Source: Eledone cirrhosa
Taxonomy: Eukaryota
DNA: 64,000 nucleotides
Direction: 5' to 3'
NCBI GenBank assembly: GCA_964016885.1
Contig: OZ024751.1
Span: 30,380,001 to 30,444,000 of the forward strand
Below the pieces are notes generated by a model that saw only the letters and a program-made list of their open reading frames with translations, was not told the DNA's origin and did not search any database. A program made the translations under genes and the position numbers. Below, piece by piece: positions 28,269 to 46,959 of this stretch (the first letter of the stretch is position 1; every line of letters starts with the position of its first letter).

Positions 28269-28959
28269 AATTAGCGAGAATCGTATTTCGGCTTAGGAAT
28301 TAACGAAAAACAACTTCCGAGATGTGAGGCAAGTGCTCAATGATTCAGATGAACCAGAGCTACAACATACGTTAAAGGCCAAACACACTGAGACGATGGT
28401 TAAACAAACATCCGCACAACCAAAGAAACGACCAAGTAATTCGGGTCAAACAAATAAAAATATATGTGATTGAAAAATATATGTGATTGTATATATATAT
28501 ATATATATAATATTTTCCTTATAATAATTACACAACACATTTTTATTAGTGGAGGTAGGGGGGGGGGGGGGTCAAATAGGGCAGAATTCGAATTCAGATA
28601 TGAGTATTGCAGATGTTAATTTACAATCAAGATTTACATAAATATCTTTGTAAATGTACATAGATATTTTCATGTTTAGAAAGTCAAATGAATAATGGAT
28701 TATAGAGCACGTTCATAAATATTTGCTTGTTTTGCAAAGTCAGTTGGTTAATTTGTGTTGTAAAAAATGTTTTCAAAGTAGGATTTCGATAAGTGGTTTA
28801 GTAATTCGTTCGACTAGGACGTGCCTCTCTTTGAAACTAACCGAACAAGAGTAGTTCTATGTTGTAAAAAATATCTTTAGTGAATACCATTGAATTATCG
28901 CTCCAATTCAGTACCATACACACGTGCTAACGGATCACAGCACAGGAACAGAATAGAAC

Positions 28960-29405
28960 AAAATTAACACATGGACTTATATAGAAGTTAACAAACATTT
29001 GGGCTAACACAGAAGTTAACATATGTATGGACTTATACAGAAGTTAACATATGTGCTTATACAGAAGTTAATATATAGACTTACACAGAAGTTAATATAT
29101 GTACGGACTTATACAGAAGTTAACATATGTGCTTATACAGACGTTAACATATGTGCTTATACATACGTTAACATATGTGCTTATCAGACGTTAACATATG
29201 TGCTTATATAGACGTTAACATATGGATTTACACAGAAGTTAGCGTATGGATTTATACAGAAGTTAACATATAGACTTATAGAGAAGTTAGCTTATATAGA
29301 CTTATAGAGAAGTCGGCTTATACAGAAGTTAACATATGGACTTACACAGAAGTTAATAAATATTTCGGCTTACACAGTAGTAGACGAGAAGGAAGTTAAC
29401 ACATG
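28960..29405. repeat. ~22-24-bp minisatellite
   Basis: Variants of GGACTTATACAGAAGTTAACATAT. Confidence 0.85.
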
Positions 29406-30572
29406 TTTTCAAACTGGTAGAAGTAAATAACGCCGGAATATTCCTCATTCAAATTAATGTGTATCATGATCTGAGACGACTTAAAGAGAGTGGGTTTTAT
29501 TCTGCTTTGTAGCTTCTTGGTGTTTATCTTAAAAGAGATGGCAGGGAAGATCAACTGGTTGCGTGTTCGGTTTAAATAGTAAAAAGAAAAATGGCTTTCA
29601 CATGAGGCCCCAAAACATTGATTGTTTTATGTAGGATCATATATGAGACCCAGAAACACTGAGTGTGGGATGCGAGATTACACATGAGGCCCAGAAAGTT
29701 CCTCCCCATTTTCACATTCTCAGACAACTAACAGATTATGAAACAATGAATCATTAAAAAGTTTAAAACGACAGTATGACCTTACTGAGAATGGCTTTGA
29801 ACATAAAGTTGCTTAAGTAGGGTTTACCTGGGGTTGAACAACCTCAATATTTAACGTATTGATTTCTAACATATGCACCAGGCCTCAAATTTAGGGAGGG
29901 GGATTAGATCGGCCTCAGCAATTGACAAGTGGATTATTTTTTCGACACCGGATATTCGACATCGACGAAATCTGAACTTAAAATGTAAAGAGCTGGAAAG
30001 AGAACCTTCTATATTACATCGTAGCTCATTCATTAAAGGTGAAGCAACATATATTTAAATGTATATTTTTAGCACATGTGTGTACGGCATGTACGTGTCA
30101 GGGGGGGGGGGGGGGGGGGGTTGTGTGTGTGTGTTTCTATGTCTGTCGAACAATCTCTCTCTCTCTCTCTGTGTACACACACAGAGAGGCTCTTTTCCAA
30201 CTAATAAAGTGTTAAACCAATATATTTATTGATTGTAGTGTGTTGTTTGGTTTATTTCCGTTTACTTTTTTCATATATATATGTATGCATATATATATTT
30301 ATATATTTCACCTAAAGATCGGTAAAGTGAAACCACTTAAATATTAAATACTTCTTCATTGCTTCTTCAGGATGATCTCATAGCTACACACACTCACTCA
30401 CACACACACATAGACACATGCACACACACACGCATATATTATATAATATATAATATATATATATAATATATATATATAATATATAATATATATATATAAT
30501 ATATATATATAATATATATATATATAATATATATATATATAATATATATATATAATATATATTTTTTTTTTT

Positions 30573-30792
30573 AGGAACGATCGACTTTTTTGTCAAATCG
30601 GACCGAGGGAACAATGTTTCTGTTGGTCTTTCCAATTGCTAATACTATCCATCGGTCGCAACTCCCGGTAGAAGGAGCAACGTGAAATAAAGTGTCTTGC
30701 TCAAGGACATAACGCATCGCCTGGTCCAGGAATCGAACTCACAACCTTACGATTGCGAATACAATTCTCTAACCACTCAGCCACACGCCTTC
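30573..30792 (-). mobile_element. CORE-type SINE
   Basis: Reverse complement of the head and core (GGAGCAACGTGAAATAAAGTGTCTTGCTCAAGGACA...TAACCACTCAGCCACACGCCTTC). Confidence 0.75.
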
Positions 30793-30793
30793 A

Positions 30794-34316
<3,523 letters not shown>

Positions 34317-35793
34317 AGAGAGACAGAAAGAAAGGAGACAGATTTATATTTTTTTTAGATAGATAGATACACCAAATGTTACGGTGTATTTGGTTTCCTT
34401 GAAACTAAATTCTACAATTATTCACTCCATAGTAATGGTCTATTTAACAACCGAACCCTTTTTTTTTATTTAAATAATACTTCTAACTCTACCGTAACAA
34501 TATCTGGCAAAAAATACAGAAAACATAAATAATATATATTATAAAAACATGAAATTTTAACAGCCTGTCTTTTGACACGCCTTGGTATAGAGAGATATAT
34601 ATACATATAAATTTAGACATATATACCTATACATTGTATACATACATATGCAGGGGCGGTGGAACTGGGGGGAGGGGGGGGGGGTTATAGAGGACATGGC
34701 CTCCCCAATAATTATATTTTTCTCCCCAAACTACCAAAACACACATCTATTTGTATATACGCTACAATTTATGTACATATGTAGAGACAAATGGGAGAGA
34801 TAGATATATAGATATAGAGAGGGGGAGAGTATGGTGGTAATTGATATAGAGAGGGAGGTTGGGGATGTGTGTTGTATGTTAGATATATAGAGGGGGAGAG
34901 ATTGATGTTTATTGATACAGAGAGAGGAATTTGAAGAGAGTTCCGTGTAGTAAATATAGAGAGGGGGAAAGTTGGGCGTTAATTGATATAGAGAGAGGGA
35001 CTGTAGTCCTGTAGATGTTATTTCTGTATATAATAAATATACCTACACTCTACCAGCATATTGAGTACCTTCTTTAACTGTTGTTACCCCTCAACACCAC
35101 ACTGAAACCTATATATATATCTTTTTGTATGTATGTGTATATATATATATATGTGTATGTATACATATGTATATATATATATATATATATGTATGTATAT
35201 ATATATATGTATGTATATATATATATATACATGTGTGTATATATATATATATATATAAATATTTGTGTGTGCGTGTGTCTGTGTGTATGTTTGTGTGTGT
35301 TTATATATGTGTGTGTATGTGTGTATATATTTGTGTGTGTGTGTGCATTTGTTAATGCATTCGTGTGTATGTATGTTTGTGTCTGTGTGTTTGCGTATGT
35401 CCGTATATATTCACGTATCACTCAATCTATGTATCTATGTGTCGATATATCTATCTATATATCTCTACATATCTTCATAGAAGCCCCTCCCACTCTACCC
35501 CCTCCCTTCTTATACAAGACAGAAATAAAACAAAATAAAATACAATAAGTAAAGAAAGAAAGAAAGAAGCCAGTGTAATACATGTGTTTTTATTGAGTGT
35601 TATTTCTGGCCAAGTGAAGCCACGCCTACTTTGGACCATTTGTTGAAACACGTAGCCACGGTCAACCAATCACAACACTATATTAACAAATATAATATAT
35701 GTACATATGTATGTATACACGCACACACTCATACTCATACATACACGCACATGTATATACGTGTGCGTGTATGTATATATATATATATGTATG

Positions 35794-35827
<34 letters not shown>

Positions 35828-35988
35828 TACACACATATATAATATATATATATATATATATACACATATATATAAATATGTGTGTGTGTGTATGCGTGTA
35901 TATATATGTGTGTTTGTGTATGTGTATGCGTGTATATATATATGTGTATGTGTATGCGTATATATATATATGTGTGTGTGTATGCGTG

Positions 35989-36021
<33 letters not shown>

Positions 36022-36336
36022 ATATAAAGATCAATTTACAAAATAAAACAAAAAGTATAAACTCGCCTGGAAATGTCGGCTGCTGCCTTGCCGTGTGTCT
36101 CCTCCAGTTGATTCTACTGTTCCTATAAACTACTACTACTGCTACTGCTACTGCTACTACTACTACTCTTAGCCGAGTCACTGTTACTACTACAACTACT
36201 CTGCATACAATGCATACAGCTATGTGAATGTATGTAACTATATATATATATATATATGTGTGTTTATGTGTGTAGACACAAACACACACACATACACATA
36301 TTGTACTCTACAACTACTGCTACTGTGTTGTTGCTG

Positions 36337-36384
<48 letters not shown>

Positions 36385-36474
36385 GGGAAAACATACATTA
36401 AATGACGATCGTGGTGGCTGTCATCTCCTCCCTCTCTCTCTGTATATATAAATATATACATTTATATATATATA

Positions 36475-36536
<62 letters not shown>

Positions 36537-36923
36537 CTTTCAGTTACTGGTGCTTCACCTGTTTCAGCACTCCTTGCTAAAATTTGGAGCCGACTGCCGA
36601 TGAGGTATTCGACTTTTGAATTTTCCCCGTTGTGTATCGTTTACCTGTGTTGTTTATCCATTTACGTTTCCCCCGAGGGGAGAGAGAGTGTCATCCAGTG
36701 AATCCCCCACCTCACATGGTGACGGACCCGCACACACACAGGTTCCTAACCTCTAAATCAGAGAATGGTTTTACGAACAAACAATATGAACAGCAACCAC
36801 CAAAAGTTGCTGATGTCAGTCGTTTTAATTCCAAAGAACACCACTGAAGCCAAAACTGGTTCAGTTTGCCAGTTATATTTTAAAGGTTTCAATTTTCTGC
36901 CAGACTCGGTTCCCCCATGATTA

Positions 36924-37352
36924 TTATCATCATCATTATCATCATCATCAGGTGCTAAGTCTGTTTTCTTCCAGACATCGGTGATCATGGCTTTCCAGTC
37001 TTTCCTATTGTCAATGTTCCGGATTAGGTCGCTCTTTCTCGTCCTACTTTCGTTGATGTATTTGTTCAGGCTGTCTTTAAATGTTGTTCTTTGTCTTCCT
37101 TGTTTCCTCTTTCTGGCGATCTTGCCACAAAGAATCGGCTTCTCCAAACCCTCTTCTCTGTTTTATGTGGCCAAAGAATTCCAATTGCTTCTTTCTAATT
37201 GTACGAATAAGCGATCGTTCTACGATTATAAACAAAACTTATTCGACCATTGAAAGTTGTTTGGATTCTGGTCAACTTATTTAGGTTCTTCAAGCGTTAG
37301 GAACGTTGGAGGCCTCTTCGTTGTGTAACAGCACAGGTTAATAACACAGGCA
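36924..37352 (-). mobile_element. 5'-truncated, frameshifted RTE-clade LINE end with a (GAT)n tail
   Basis: LIRTIRKKQLEFFGHIK, then after a frameshift LEKPILCGKIARKRKQGRQRTTFKDSL...DNRKDWKAMITDV, followed by (GAT)n. Confidence 0.75.
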
Positions 37353-37564
37353 GTTGTGCCAAGGTCTGGGATTTTACGAAATAGGGACTAACATCGTTTC
37401 ACTATAATTCTTACATCTCTGGCACCAATTGTGTTCAGTAGTTTGTAATGTGTGCTGAAATACACACATTACTGTTTAGTGCTATTTCCACACACTTGGA
37501 CATCAAAGGGCATATCTGCTAGTATATATATATACACACACATATATGTGTGTGTGTATATAAT

Positions 37565-37629
<65 letters not shown>

Positions 37630-38162
37630 GTGTGTATATAATTATATATGTGTGTGTGAATGTGGGTATGTGTGTGCGTTTGTATGTGTATGCGTTTGTT
37701 TGTGTGTGTGTGCGTGTGTATGCACGTGAATGACATTTGGAGAAAGAGAGAAAAAAATAAGCATATTTATTTATAGATTTATTTGTTGTAAAGTATATCT
37801 ATAGTCTAATAACTGTAATTATTTGTCGAATGTCTGGCAGACACTAACGTGTCACCGCCTACACCAGAGATTCATTCAAAAACCCCAACCTCCATTCACT
37901 TCATTTGCTTTTTAATCAATCATTTGTGTGTGTATGTGTGTGTGCGTATACGCGCGCTCGGGTACGTAAATATACCCACAGATCTACTTAGACATAACCA
38001 TATACTCACACATAAGTATACACACTCAAATCAAGCCGGAACCCGCTTAGCATCGTAGTCGTTTTTTTTTTTTTGGGGGGGGGGGGGGTTACCTTCCTCT
38101 ATACCCACTCTGCTTCATCCCATGGATAGAGTACTACTCAGTTTCGTGGTTTTACCAGTCTC

Positions 38163-38523
38163 AAATGGTGGATGGGTGCTACACGAGAATGCTGAGGATG
38201 GCTCTGAACATTAATCAGTATACACTGAGAATGAAGAACTCAGAGTTGTACGGGAGCCTCCCAAAAGTCAGCTCGAGAGTGACACAGAGGAGACTGAGGT
38301 TAGCTGGACATGCTCACCGACATCCAGAGTTGACACTGTACTCAGTGCTCATGTGAGAGCCCCTGCATGGACACACTGGAAGAGGGAGACCGAGGTTAAC
38401 ATATGTTGATGCCTTAAGGACAGACACAGGTCTCTTGGAGACGCAGGACATGGCAGCGATAATGAAAGACAGAGACCGCTGGAGAGAACTCGTCCATGGA
38501 TCTCGGGAATTTTACCGCCCGAG
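38163..38523 (+). mobile_element. 5'-truncated RTE-clade LINE, C-terminal ORF fragment
   Basis: DGCYTRMLRMALNI...RVTQRRLRLAGHAHRHPE...LM*EPLHGHTGRGRPRLTYVDAL...DRDRWRELV, containing the R-L-x-x-x-GH, GRP and DR-x-x-W motifs of RTE C-termini. One TGA stands where a Trp is expected. Confidence 0.8.
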
Positions 38524-38563
<40 letters not shown>

Positions 38564-38565
<2 letters not shown>

Positions 38566-38708
38566 ACTCAGTCCAGAAATAGCCGTCGAAATGGCTTTAG
38601 CTCTGCCGTCGGAGTTCTGACCCATTTCCTATTACCCACTCTTCTACCCAAAGTATCAAGTATTCTGGTGCGTTATGGTCCACCTGGTTCCTTACCACAC
38701 TTCCTTCG

Positions 38709-38710
<2 letters not shown>
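38564..38710 (+). mobile_element. Family A element, single arm
   Basis: GTCCAGAAATAGCCGTCGAAATGGC...CTTACCACACTTCCTTCGTT between (TA)n tracts. Confidence 0.7.
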
Positions 38711-38746
<36 letters not shown>

Positions 38747-39004
38747 TTAATCTGTTATTTTAATAAATATATATATATATTATTTACTGATAAATATATA
38801 TATACATTATTTCTGAAGACAGCATATATATGTGTAGGTATGTATATTCCCTCTGATAGTTTGTATAAATATTGTACATAGATCTATAGAATATGCATAC
38901 CAACTCTAACACATATATATCCTAGAAACGATCGTAAAATAATGAAATTTTTTTTAATATAAGGAACTGTTTCTTTGTTTATTCATTATTTTTTTAATAA
39001 TTTA

Positions 39005-39100
<96 letters not shown>

Positions 39101-39115
39101 CATATACATGTTTGT

Positions 39116-39262
39116 GAAGGTGCATGGATTAGTGGAGGTGAGTTCGCTTCCCGGACCGAGTGTTGGGCTACGTCCTTGAGCAAGACACTTTATTTCACGT
39201 TGCTCCAGTACATTCGGATATAGAAATGAGTTGCGACATCACTAGTGCCAAGCTTTATTGGC
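39116..39262 (+). mobile_element. CORE-type SINE, internally deleted
   Basis: Head remnant plus core. Further fragments lie at ~9370-9570, 18015-18125 and 62044-62113. Confidence 0.65.
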
Positions 39263-40361
39263 TTAAACACCTCACATCAACCAAATGATATTTGAACTTT
39301 CGAAATTTTAAGTCTTGTGAACCCAGAATCAGTAGAGTGCTTGACAAAATGCGTTACGGTATTAAGTTGCTTCCCTACACCTTCTGAATTCAAATCCCGC
39401 CATGCATGACTTTCTATTTCACCCTTCCGAAGATCATCATCATCATCAACAACTGCAGCATCGTTTAACCTCTGCTTTTCCTGCTAGCAAGGGTTGGAAG
39501 AGTTTACATAGACAAAGCGGGACCACTGACCTCTCAGACTGACCTAGGGGATTGCATCTCTCTTACGTACGCTCATATAAAATAAAGAGCAGTGAAGTGT
39601 CGAGGTGGAAGTTATGGTTTGTACACCCTCACAAATGTTCTCGCTGTGTTTCAATATTAGATATTCAGTGTAGCTGTATTTCTAAAGGAATACATTGTAT
39701 TTCAATTAAGAATTTTGTGCGACTTACTAAAATTATTAATTATTTGACTAGAAATGTTGTAACTTAACATATGGTTCTTATATAAAATTATGTCACAAAA
39801 TTTCCTTTAAAAAGCTTAGGATCTTTAGTATCTATTTGTGGGTGTTTAGAGTGAAAAAACAAACAGACAAACAAACAATATCTAACGTAATAAACAGTTA
39901 AGAAGGGGGAAGTTTGTAGAAAAGCAAGTTATGTTGAGGGAGGGTGTTGATGCTAAGTTATTCTGGAGAGGTGGGGTGGGATGAGGAGGATGAGGGGCTG
40001 AAAGGGAATAAGGACTGGAGGAAGATAGAGGGAGGATTGGAGGAGGAAACAGGGAAGAGCTTTTGGGAGATTTAAGATACAAAAACATTAAAAAACAAAT
40101 ATCAACTGAAACGAAGGAGAAAGGGGAGGGGAAGAATATGAATCGGTTGGAATAAAAGATAAAAGAATATAAGAATCAAAATGTAAAAACTAATGGCTGC
40201 TGGGAGAGACAAGCAGTAATCAGGTGGCTGAAAATATACAGTTTGTAAGCAACCACGAATTAAAAATATAAAAGCCAAATAACACGATTATTAAACGTGA
40301 TAGACAGAAATTGGTTTCATAAGAACAGCAGCAACAGCAACAACAACAGCAACAACAACAG

Positions 40362-40583
40362 TAATTGTTTCTACTTTTGGCACAAGGCCAGAAATTTTAA
40401 AGGGAAGGAGTGAAAGTCGATTAAATTAATACCAGGGTATTACTGGTACTTTATTTTATCGACCTCAGTAAGGGTGAAAGGCAAAGCTAACCTCGGTGGG
40501 ATTTGAACTCAGAACGTACAGGATCATAACTAAATACCGCAAATTATTTTGTTCAGCGCTCTACCGATTATGTCAATCCCCCG
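40362..40583 (-). mobile_element. SINE family 1
   Basis: Reverse complement of a full element. Confidence 0.8.
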
Positions 40584-40828
40584 CAAAAATAACAATAAAA
40601 CATCAACAACAACAATAATAATATATTAATGATAAAACAATCATAATAATGATAATGATAATGTAATGAAATGATAAAAAACTAATATTGCCCCACTACA
40701 TTGTTCGATATTATTCGATATTGATCAATGAATATGTTAATTATCGATTGGTAAAACCATATTCTTTTGATCGTAACAATCGGAATAAAGAGTTAAGGCA
40801 AGCTTGAAACTTCTCCACTGCAACTAGC

Positions 40829-40979
<151 letters not shown>

Positions 40980-41324
40980 AACACATAAATGGGAGTAGGC
41001 ACACGCACAACGCACACATACATATCGGAGTAAACATAGACACATAGACACACAGATAGCTACACCCACACACACAAATATAAGGGCGGACATATACACA
41101 CACACATCTCCACACAGACACAGACACACACACACACACACACCACATATATATATATACACACACATATATATACACACACATATATATATATATACAC
41201 ACACACACATATATATATACGCACACACGTATATATATATATACACTCACATATATACACACACACACACATATATATATATATACACATATATATATAT
41301 ACATATACCCACATATATATATAT

Positions 41325-41355
<31 letters not shown>

Positions 41356-41362
41356 CACACAC

Positions 41363-41393
<31 letters not shown>

Positions 41394-41468
41394 TATATAT
41401 ATACACACACACATATATATATACACACATATATATACATACACACACACGCACATATATATACACAC

Positions 41469-41508
<40 letters not shown>

Positions 41509-41611
41509 GTGTGTATATATATATATATATGTATATATGTGTGTATATATATGTGCGTGTGTGTATATATATATATATGTGTGTATATATATATGTGTGT
41601 GTGTGTATATA

Positions 41612-41661
<50 letters not shown>

Positions 41662-41689
41662 CTTTCTTTAATTAGACTCTTGTCCATCA

Positions 41690-41844
41690 CTTGTCGGACG
41701 GTCGGTGGTTACGTCTCGTAGTTATTTACTTCCTCGTGTGAAGCGCCGCCTAGGAACGGCTCTGTAACCACACCCCGCCTTTCTATCTTCTCCCCCCTCT
41801 CTCTCTCTATCTCCTTGTCTCTTCTTTGTCCCCACTTTCTCTCC

Positions 41845-41887
<43 letters not shown>

Positions 41888-42330
41888 CCTACCTCCCTGT
41901 TTTTATTCTCTGTCTCCTACCCTCTCTCCTAAGTCATAATTCTCTCTCTCTCCCTTGTCCCAACTCTCTCTTCCCCTTCCCCCCTCTCTCTCTTTCTCTC
42001 TCTCGCCCTATCTCACACACCCTATCTCTTCCAGTCCCCTTCTCTCTTTCCGTTCAGTTACGATGCTACCATCACCTCACACACACTGCAATCACTGAAA
42101 AAACACAACAACAACAACAACAACTCCTACTCCTACTACTACTCCTACTCCTACTACTACTACTCCTACTACTATTCCTACTACTACTACTACTACTACT
42201 ACTAGAAAACGATATTTCTATTTCACTTCACCCCCGCCCTTCATTTTTCTCTTCTTTTCCACTTTTTTTTTACTTCTCGTCCACCAAAACGAAAAAGAAA
42301 AAAAAAAGCCAAGTTACCTCGGAACATTTT
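41690..42330 (+). promoter_or_regulatory. Candidate promoter and 5' leader of the Wnt-like gene
   Basis: Local CpG enrichment (41691-41780), GC boxes CCCCGCC near 41773 and 42231, a long (CT)n/GAGA-type tract 41780-42050, an Inr-like TCAGTT at 42054-42059, then (CAA)n/(CTA)n leader repeats. Confidence 0.4.
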
Positions 42331-42475
42331 GGATTTTAGTACCAGAGAAGTGAAGTTGAATAACGAGAACAGCGCCACCACGGCGAAATCTTGCTCATCA
42401 GGTTCAAATCACGGTGTCTCAGGGTCTCCACCACTGAGTAGACGCCAAGTCCCACGACGCGGATGGAGAAACAGC

Positions 42476-42534
42476 ATGACTCCCTTATGTCTGCTGTTAG
42501 TGTGCACCTTTCACACGGTGCATGCATCATGGTG
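42476..42534 (+). CDS. Wnt: First coding exon (signal peptide) of a probable Wnt-family ligand; subfamily (Wnt2/Wnt5/WntA-like) not resolvable
   Basis: ATG at 42476 with A at -3 (agcATGa) encodes [19 protein letters not shown]+TG: a hydrophobic core, a V-H-A cleavage-like motif, then S-W-W. A GTATGT donor starts at 42535 and splits the second Trp codon in phase 2, as in the exon ending in SWW in WNT2/WNT5A. The family call rests on only 20 codons; no downstream exon was found. Confidence 0.6.
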
Positions 42535-42687
42535 GTATGTACACTATTTACTGCATTTATTGCATAACACCTTCCTTCAAAATCTCGTTCGTCTTCATAT
42601 CGCATACATGCATATGTATATATTGAAATATGTAAGTTTGTATGTATATGTAGGTATATGTATGTATACATATATATATATATATAT

Positions 42688-42794
<107 letters not shown>

Positions 42795-42904
42795 TGTGTT
42801 TATGTGTGTGTGTTTGTGTGTATGTGTGTGTCTGTATAGATATATATTCATACAGACAGACATGCATATCACTCGACACTCACACATATGCATGTATATA
42901 TACT

Positions 42905-42937
<33 letters not shown>

Positions 42938-43071
42938 CCATGTATATATACTTACACACACACACACACACATACATATGTATATATATATATGTATATA
43001 TATATATGTATATGTATATATATATGTATATGAATATATATATATATTGATATATATGAATGTATATATAC

Positions 43072-43116
<45 letters not shown>

Positions 43117-43225
43117 GAGACATACATATTCACACACGACACTCAAACATACAGATATATATATATATACTATTATATATCATTAATATTATTTATATAT
43201 ATTTATTAATATTATTTATGGTTGT

Positions 43226-43345
43226 CCCATTAAACAATATAATCATTAGCAATATAATCATTAAACAATATAATCATTAAACAATATAATCATTAAACAA
43301 TATAATCATTAGCAATATAAACATTAGCAATATAATCATTAAATA
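43226..43345. repeat. ~18-bp tandem repeat
   Basis: Variants of CATTAAACAATATAAT and CATTAGCAATATAAT. Confidence 0.8.
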
Positions 43346-43606
43346 GTCAACATAAATCACATTATATTACATGTTATCTCTGTTGGTTGTTTACATATTT
43401 TCTTCAACAATTTTGCTGTTGTTCACAATATTATGTTATATATGATATATTATGATATATTATATCATATTATATCATATTATATCATATAATATCATAT
43501 TGTATTATAGTGTATCGATCATTTATGTAATTTATGCGTCGATTTATATTTATTATGTGTTTCTTTGATATACACACACCCGCCTATATGTATGCATGTA
43601 TGTATA

Positions 43607-43662
<56 letters not shown>

Positions 43663-43754
43663 TATAGGAATGTCTTTAAGTGAAGTTGTGATGTTGTAAT
43701 AATCCATGTTATAGAAGAAAATTAGAGACCATCGAACTCTTATATACATATATA

Positions 43755-43809
<55 letters not shown>

Positions 43810-44087
43810 ATATATATATGTATATATATATATAATATAATATACATATATATCATATATATATATAAAAATACATATGCTATATATTGTATCATGTTAT
43901 ATTATATTATACTGTACCATAATGTTATTTGGGCTTACTCGTGCTTATTAAAACAAACTAAATAATGTGTATTAATATATTGAACCGAAAAGTAAATACA
44001 TATTTTGTTAAAATCATCACACACACATACACACACACACACATACATACATACATACATACATACATACATACATACATACATACA

Positions 44088-44122
<35 letters not shown>

Positions 44123-44537
44123 GTGTGTGTGTGTGTGTATGTCTTAAACCTTTTATCCTATAATCCGTTTTAAATGTGCATAGTTTCTTTCCCTAGTATA
44201 TAGGGACGGGTATCTTTTACTGGGTTAGTTGTATATTTTTAGACATACTATACAAATCATATTATATATGTATTCCACGAAAGAAAGGGCACACACTCAC
44301 ACGCACACATACACGCACACACACACTCTCACACACACTCATATCATCTTTGTTTTATTCTTTTACTTGTTTCAATCAGTAAACCATGACCATAATTTAG
44401 TCGATCATATCGTTGCTACCACTTATTTTATCGAATGCTTTTTGCCGAACGACTATGTCACGGGACATAAACACAGTGACATAAATCTATCTATCTATCT
44501 TTCACTCTCTCTGTATATATTTATACATTCATCCATC

Positions 44538-44610
<73 letters not shown>

Positions 44611-44635
44611 TGACATATACATACATGTATATATA

Positions 44636-44666
<31 letters not shown>

Positions 44667-44745
44667 TGTATACGTACATGTATATATGATGATTTTTTTA
44701 CGAATGAAACAGTTCTAGTACTGTAGAAGTGAAAAGAATGAATGA

Positions 44746-44788
<43 letters not shown>

Positions 44789-45004
44789 TGAGCTTGCTCG
44801 CAACTAGTTGTTCCTAGGCTAGTGTCTGCTTCTGTAGACACGGGTTGACCAATGCCTTATGAGTGGAAGTTTCTAGAGAGAATAATCCTGATGATTTCTT
44901 ATGAATGAACCAGTTCTAGTCCCGTAGAAATCACTTCTATAATAATATAATATACCTATACACTACTTACGTACTGTTTTTAAAGTGGTCGCCTCCCGGG
45001 ATCC

Positions 45005-45059
<55 letters not shown>

Positions 45060-45210
45060 TTGCAAGGGTGGGACGGGAACTGATTCTGGCTTGATTTCTA
45101 CAGCTGGATGCCCTTCCTAACACCAACCTCATTTACAGTGAGTGCTGGGTGCTTTTTTGCCGTGGCACCTCCACGACCACTTTGCAGTGGAATGATAGGG
45201 ACCCCAGTCC

Positions 45211-45360
45211 TTATCATCTCATTTCTACAGCTGAGTAAACTGGAGCAATGTGAAATAAAGTGTCTTGCTCAAGGAAACAACACATCACCCGGTCTGAGAG
45301 TTGAACTCACAACCTTTCGATTGCAAGGCCAATGCTCTAACCACTAAGCCATGTGCCTCC
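45211..45360 (-). mobile_element. CORE-type SINE
   Basis: Reverse complement of the head and core. Confidence 0.75.
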
Positions 45361-45361
45361 A

Positions 45362-45394
<33 letters not shown>

Positions 45395-45525
45395 GTGTGT
45401 GTGAAAAATGGAACGGGAACAAAACAGAGAGGCAGTACGAACAAAGGTTTATTAGTTTCACGCTCTTGAGAGTGGGCTGGTGGTGTATATATATATATAT
45501 ATATCCATATATATATATATACATA

Positions 45526-45592
<67 letters not shown>

Positions 45593-46037
45593 TACACGGA
45601 CACACATATATATGTATTTATGTATGTATGTATTTATGTATGTATGTATTTGCCTGTTTATGTACATATGTAAACGAGCAAACTATGTGTTGTTACAAAT
45701 TATAAAGTAATAAAATCGGTTAAAGTTTCGTTGAGATATCTCTAAACATATGGTGTTGAGCACAACCCAGGAATGTAGCTCTGGTGTATTACTGCGTCAA
45801 AATACATCCTTTAGAATCCTAGAAAATGTCACCGTTTCGAGAACAACTTACAACCTTACGTCTATTTCTGATGGTGAGTTGTAGGATTGACTGTCTTTCT
45901 GTGACGCTATAACACTGTTCGTGTATGTGTGTATATGTATGTGTCTGTGTTTGTGTGTGTGTGAGTGTATGTGTGTGTGTGTATATATGTTTGTATGTAT
46001 GTCTGTCTGTCTGTCTGTGTGTGTCTGTGTATGTACA

Positions 46038-46075
<38 letters not shown>

Positions 46076-46161
46076 AGTTTGGCCGCCTGTTTTTAGTTTT
46101 CGTACAAGAGTTGACTCCCTATACAAGGCCAAAGTCCTGTCGAGGTATATATAACTTCTGG

Positions 46162-46250
<89 letters not shown>

Positions 46251-46398
46251 TTATTCGGAAATACATACTCTAGTATTGAATATTCTTATTCACATAAAAT
46301 TATTTAAATGAATGTATACACATATATATACACATAGACAGCTAGAAAGATGGAGATATCTATCTCTCTCCTCTCTCTTACATGCATGTGTGTGTATA

Positions 46399-46486
<88 letters not shown>

Positions 46487-46632
46487 CCATTGTACTGTGT
46501 TGTTTGCTTTATTTCCGTTTGCTTTTTCTAAATATTTGTGTGTGTTTGTATTTATATATGAGTGTGTGATGAGTGTATTTGTATATCTGAACAAATACAG
46601 GCACTGATCTCCATGTATATACATATAGAAAC

Positions 46633-46783
<151 letters not shown>

Positions 46784-46901
46784 TGTGTGTATATATATAT
46801 ATATATGTGTGTATATATATATATATATGTGTGTATATATATATATATATGTGTATATATGTATGTATATATATGTGTATATATGTATGTATATATATAT
46901 G

Positions 46902-46959
<58 letters not shown>

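Noticed and set aside
34631-34715. CAGGGGCGG start resembling a DNA-transposon terminal repeat
   Set aside because: No matching opposite end or target-site duplication was found.
41815-42339. Poly-Gln/poly-Leu ORF upstream of the Wnt-like exon
   Set aside because: It derives from (CT)n, (CAA)n and (CTA)n repeats and has no ATG start.
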